Source: Blasia pusilla (lineage: Eukaryota). Taken from it: a DNA stretch of 64,000 bases. A model generated the notes under the pieces. The model made no database searches and had not been told where the DNA came from. It saw only the letters and a program-made list of their open reading frames with translations. The DNA is taken from NCBI GenBank assembly GCA_050084515.1, contig CM114271.1, positions 46,748,001 to 46,812,000 on the forward strand. The letters are read 5' to 3'. The stretch's first letter is position 1. Each line of letters opens with the position of its first letter. Shown here one piece after another: positions 62,981 to 64,000 of the stretch. A program made the translations under genes and the position numbers.

Positions 62981-62984
62981 TATT

Positions 62985-63553
62985 CGACGCCGCTCTCCTC
63001 CTGTCAACTTAGGGCCCATATCTAGCTCCCAAGTCTCCATCGTGACTACGTAAGATCCAATCTCTCTCTACACCATCCCACACCATAGCTCTCAAAGTTG
63101 TGCACTCTCTCTCTCTCTCATGTCAAACCAAACCCACTCTCCTAATGAGAGGTTTGGGTTACACTCACAAGGCAAGGAACCATAGCTCCGCCGCCTCATG
63201 ACAAGAGGTTCAACGAAGAGAGAATGAGCTCTCAAGCTCTCTCTCCTTGAGATATACCCCTCCCCTCTCCCAAACTCTCTCCATGGTAACCTATTCTCCT
63301 TGGTTCTTGACCTTATGTAGGAGGTCAAGGTCCACTTGCCAAAAATAGAAAGTTGATCATATACTCAAAATGGTACTTGCCTAAAATAGTAAGTTCCTCA
63401 ATATGGCTCCAAATGAGCCGAAACGAAGGGAAAACCTGCTCTCTCAGGTTTCCCAGGGCCTCAGCATGTCATCCTCAATCTATTGAGTGTGTCCTCCACT
63501 ACTCACAAAGATGCTCTACTAGATCTCACCGATCTATCCTAAAAGATGTGAGA
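62985..63553 (-). mobile_element. Family A deletion derivative: repeat a (63051-63553) fused directly to ~65 bp of the RT start
   Basis: 63051-63553 matches repeat a of family A; 62985-63050 matches the gtagtcacgatggagacttggg... segment at ~20674-20735. Confidence 0.8.
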
Positions 63554-64000
63554 GTGATCAACGTATCCCCACGTGGTCGACCACCACTACTCCCTGCAAA
63601 CTGCACCGGTAGATGGCTCACCCTTCCATCACCTGATCGCCAGTATGGCCGATAAGAAACCGTCTCCTCCCAAAAATCCAGAATGAAACCTAGAGGGTAC
63701 AACATCGTACTCCCTACCAACCCATCATACGACTCTGCCGATGTCATAATCGCCCGAGTGCGCACCATTGCACTATCCGTCTCATGCTCTAGCTGAAGTC
63801 TAATCACTAACTTTTACAGAGTCATGTATTGCGTGGATGATACGCCCTCAATAGAGGTCTGTATCTGAAAGGGACAGCGCTCAATGTCGCCTTTCCGTAA
63901 ATCCAACGCCAAACACGCCGCCTTCCCTAACATCAAGGGTTGGGCTCCTGAATCAAGTAGAACGGACTACGGATGGTACACTGTACCTCTAGGACTAACC
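63554..64000 (-). mobile_element. Protease-region fragment of a further related element (runs off the window)
   Basis: LLDSGAQPLMLGKAA..ERCPFQIQTS..AESYDGLVG..LYPLGFILDFWEE..SYRP.W..GDGR is homologous to, but diverged from, families A and B. Confidence 0.8.

Overview
Eukaryotic, plant-type genomic DNA; a non-seed land plant is a guess, and the taxon cannot be fixed from this window. There are two intron-containing host genes: an AFG1/LACE1-family ATPase with an unusual C-terminal EF-hand pair (2590-8957, one apparent homopolymer frameshift) and a 361-aa GDP-mannose pyrophosphorylase (VTC1/CYT1, 52592-55531). Between and beyond them lie nested, degenerate Ty3/Gypsy-type retrotransposons from at least three related families (here A, B, C) and a CACTA transposase remnant. 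These retroelements are the main finding. (i) Their single polyprotein reads Gag-PR-[DNMT3-like cytosine methyltransferase]-RT-RNaseH-integrase-[PHD finger]. (ii) Instead of two LTRs they have split direct repeats, a-[internal]-PPT-b-a-b, yet end TG...CA with 4-bp TSDs and encode a DDE integrase. (iii) The primer-binding site is complementary to their own predicted 5' end (Tf1-like self-priming) and covaries across all three families. The layout is what opening a 2-LTR circle at an att site inside the LTR would produce (inference). Most short ORFs in the track are fragments or antisense shadows of these elements.
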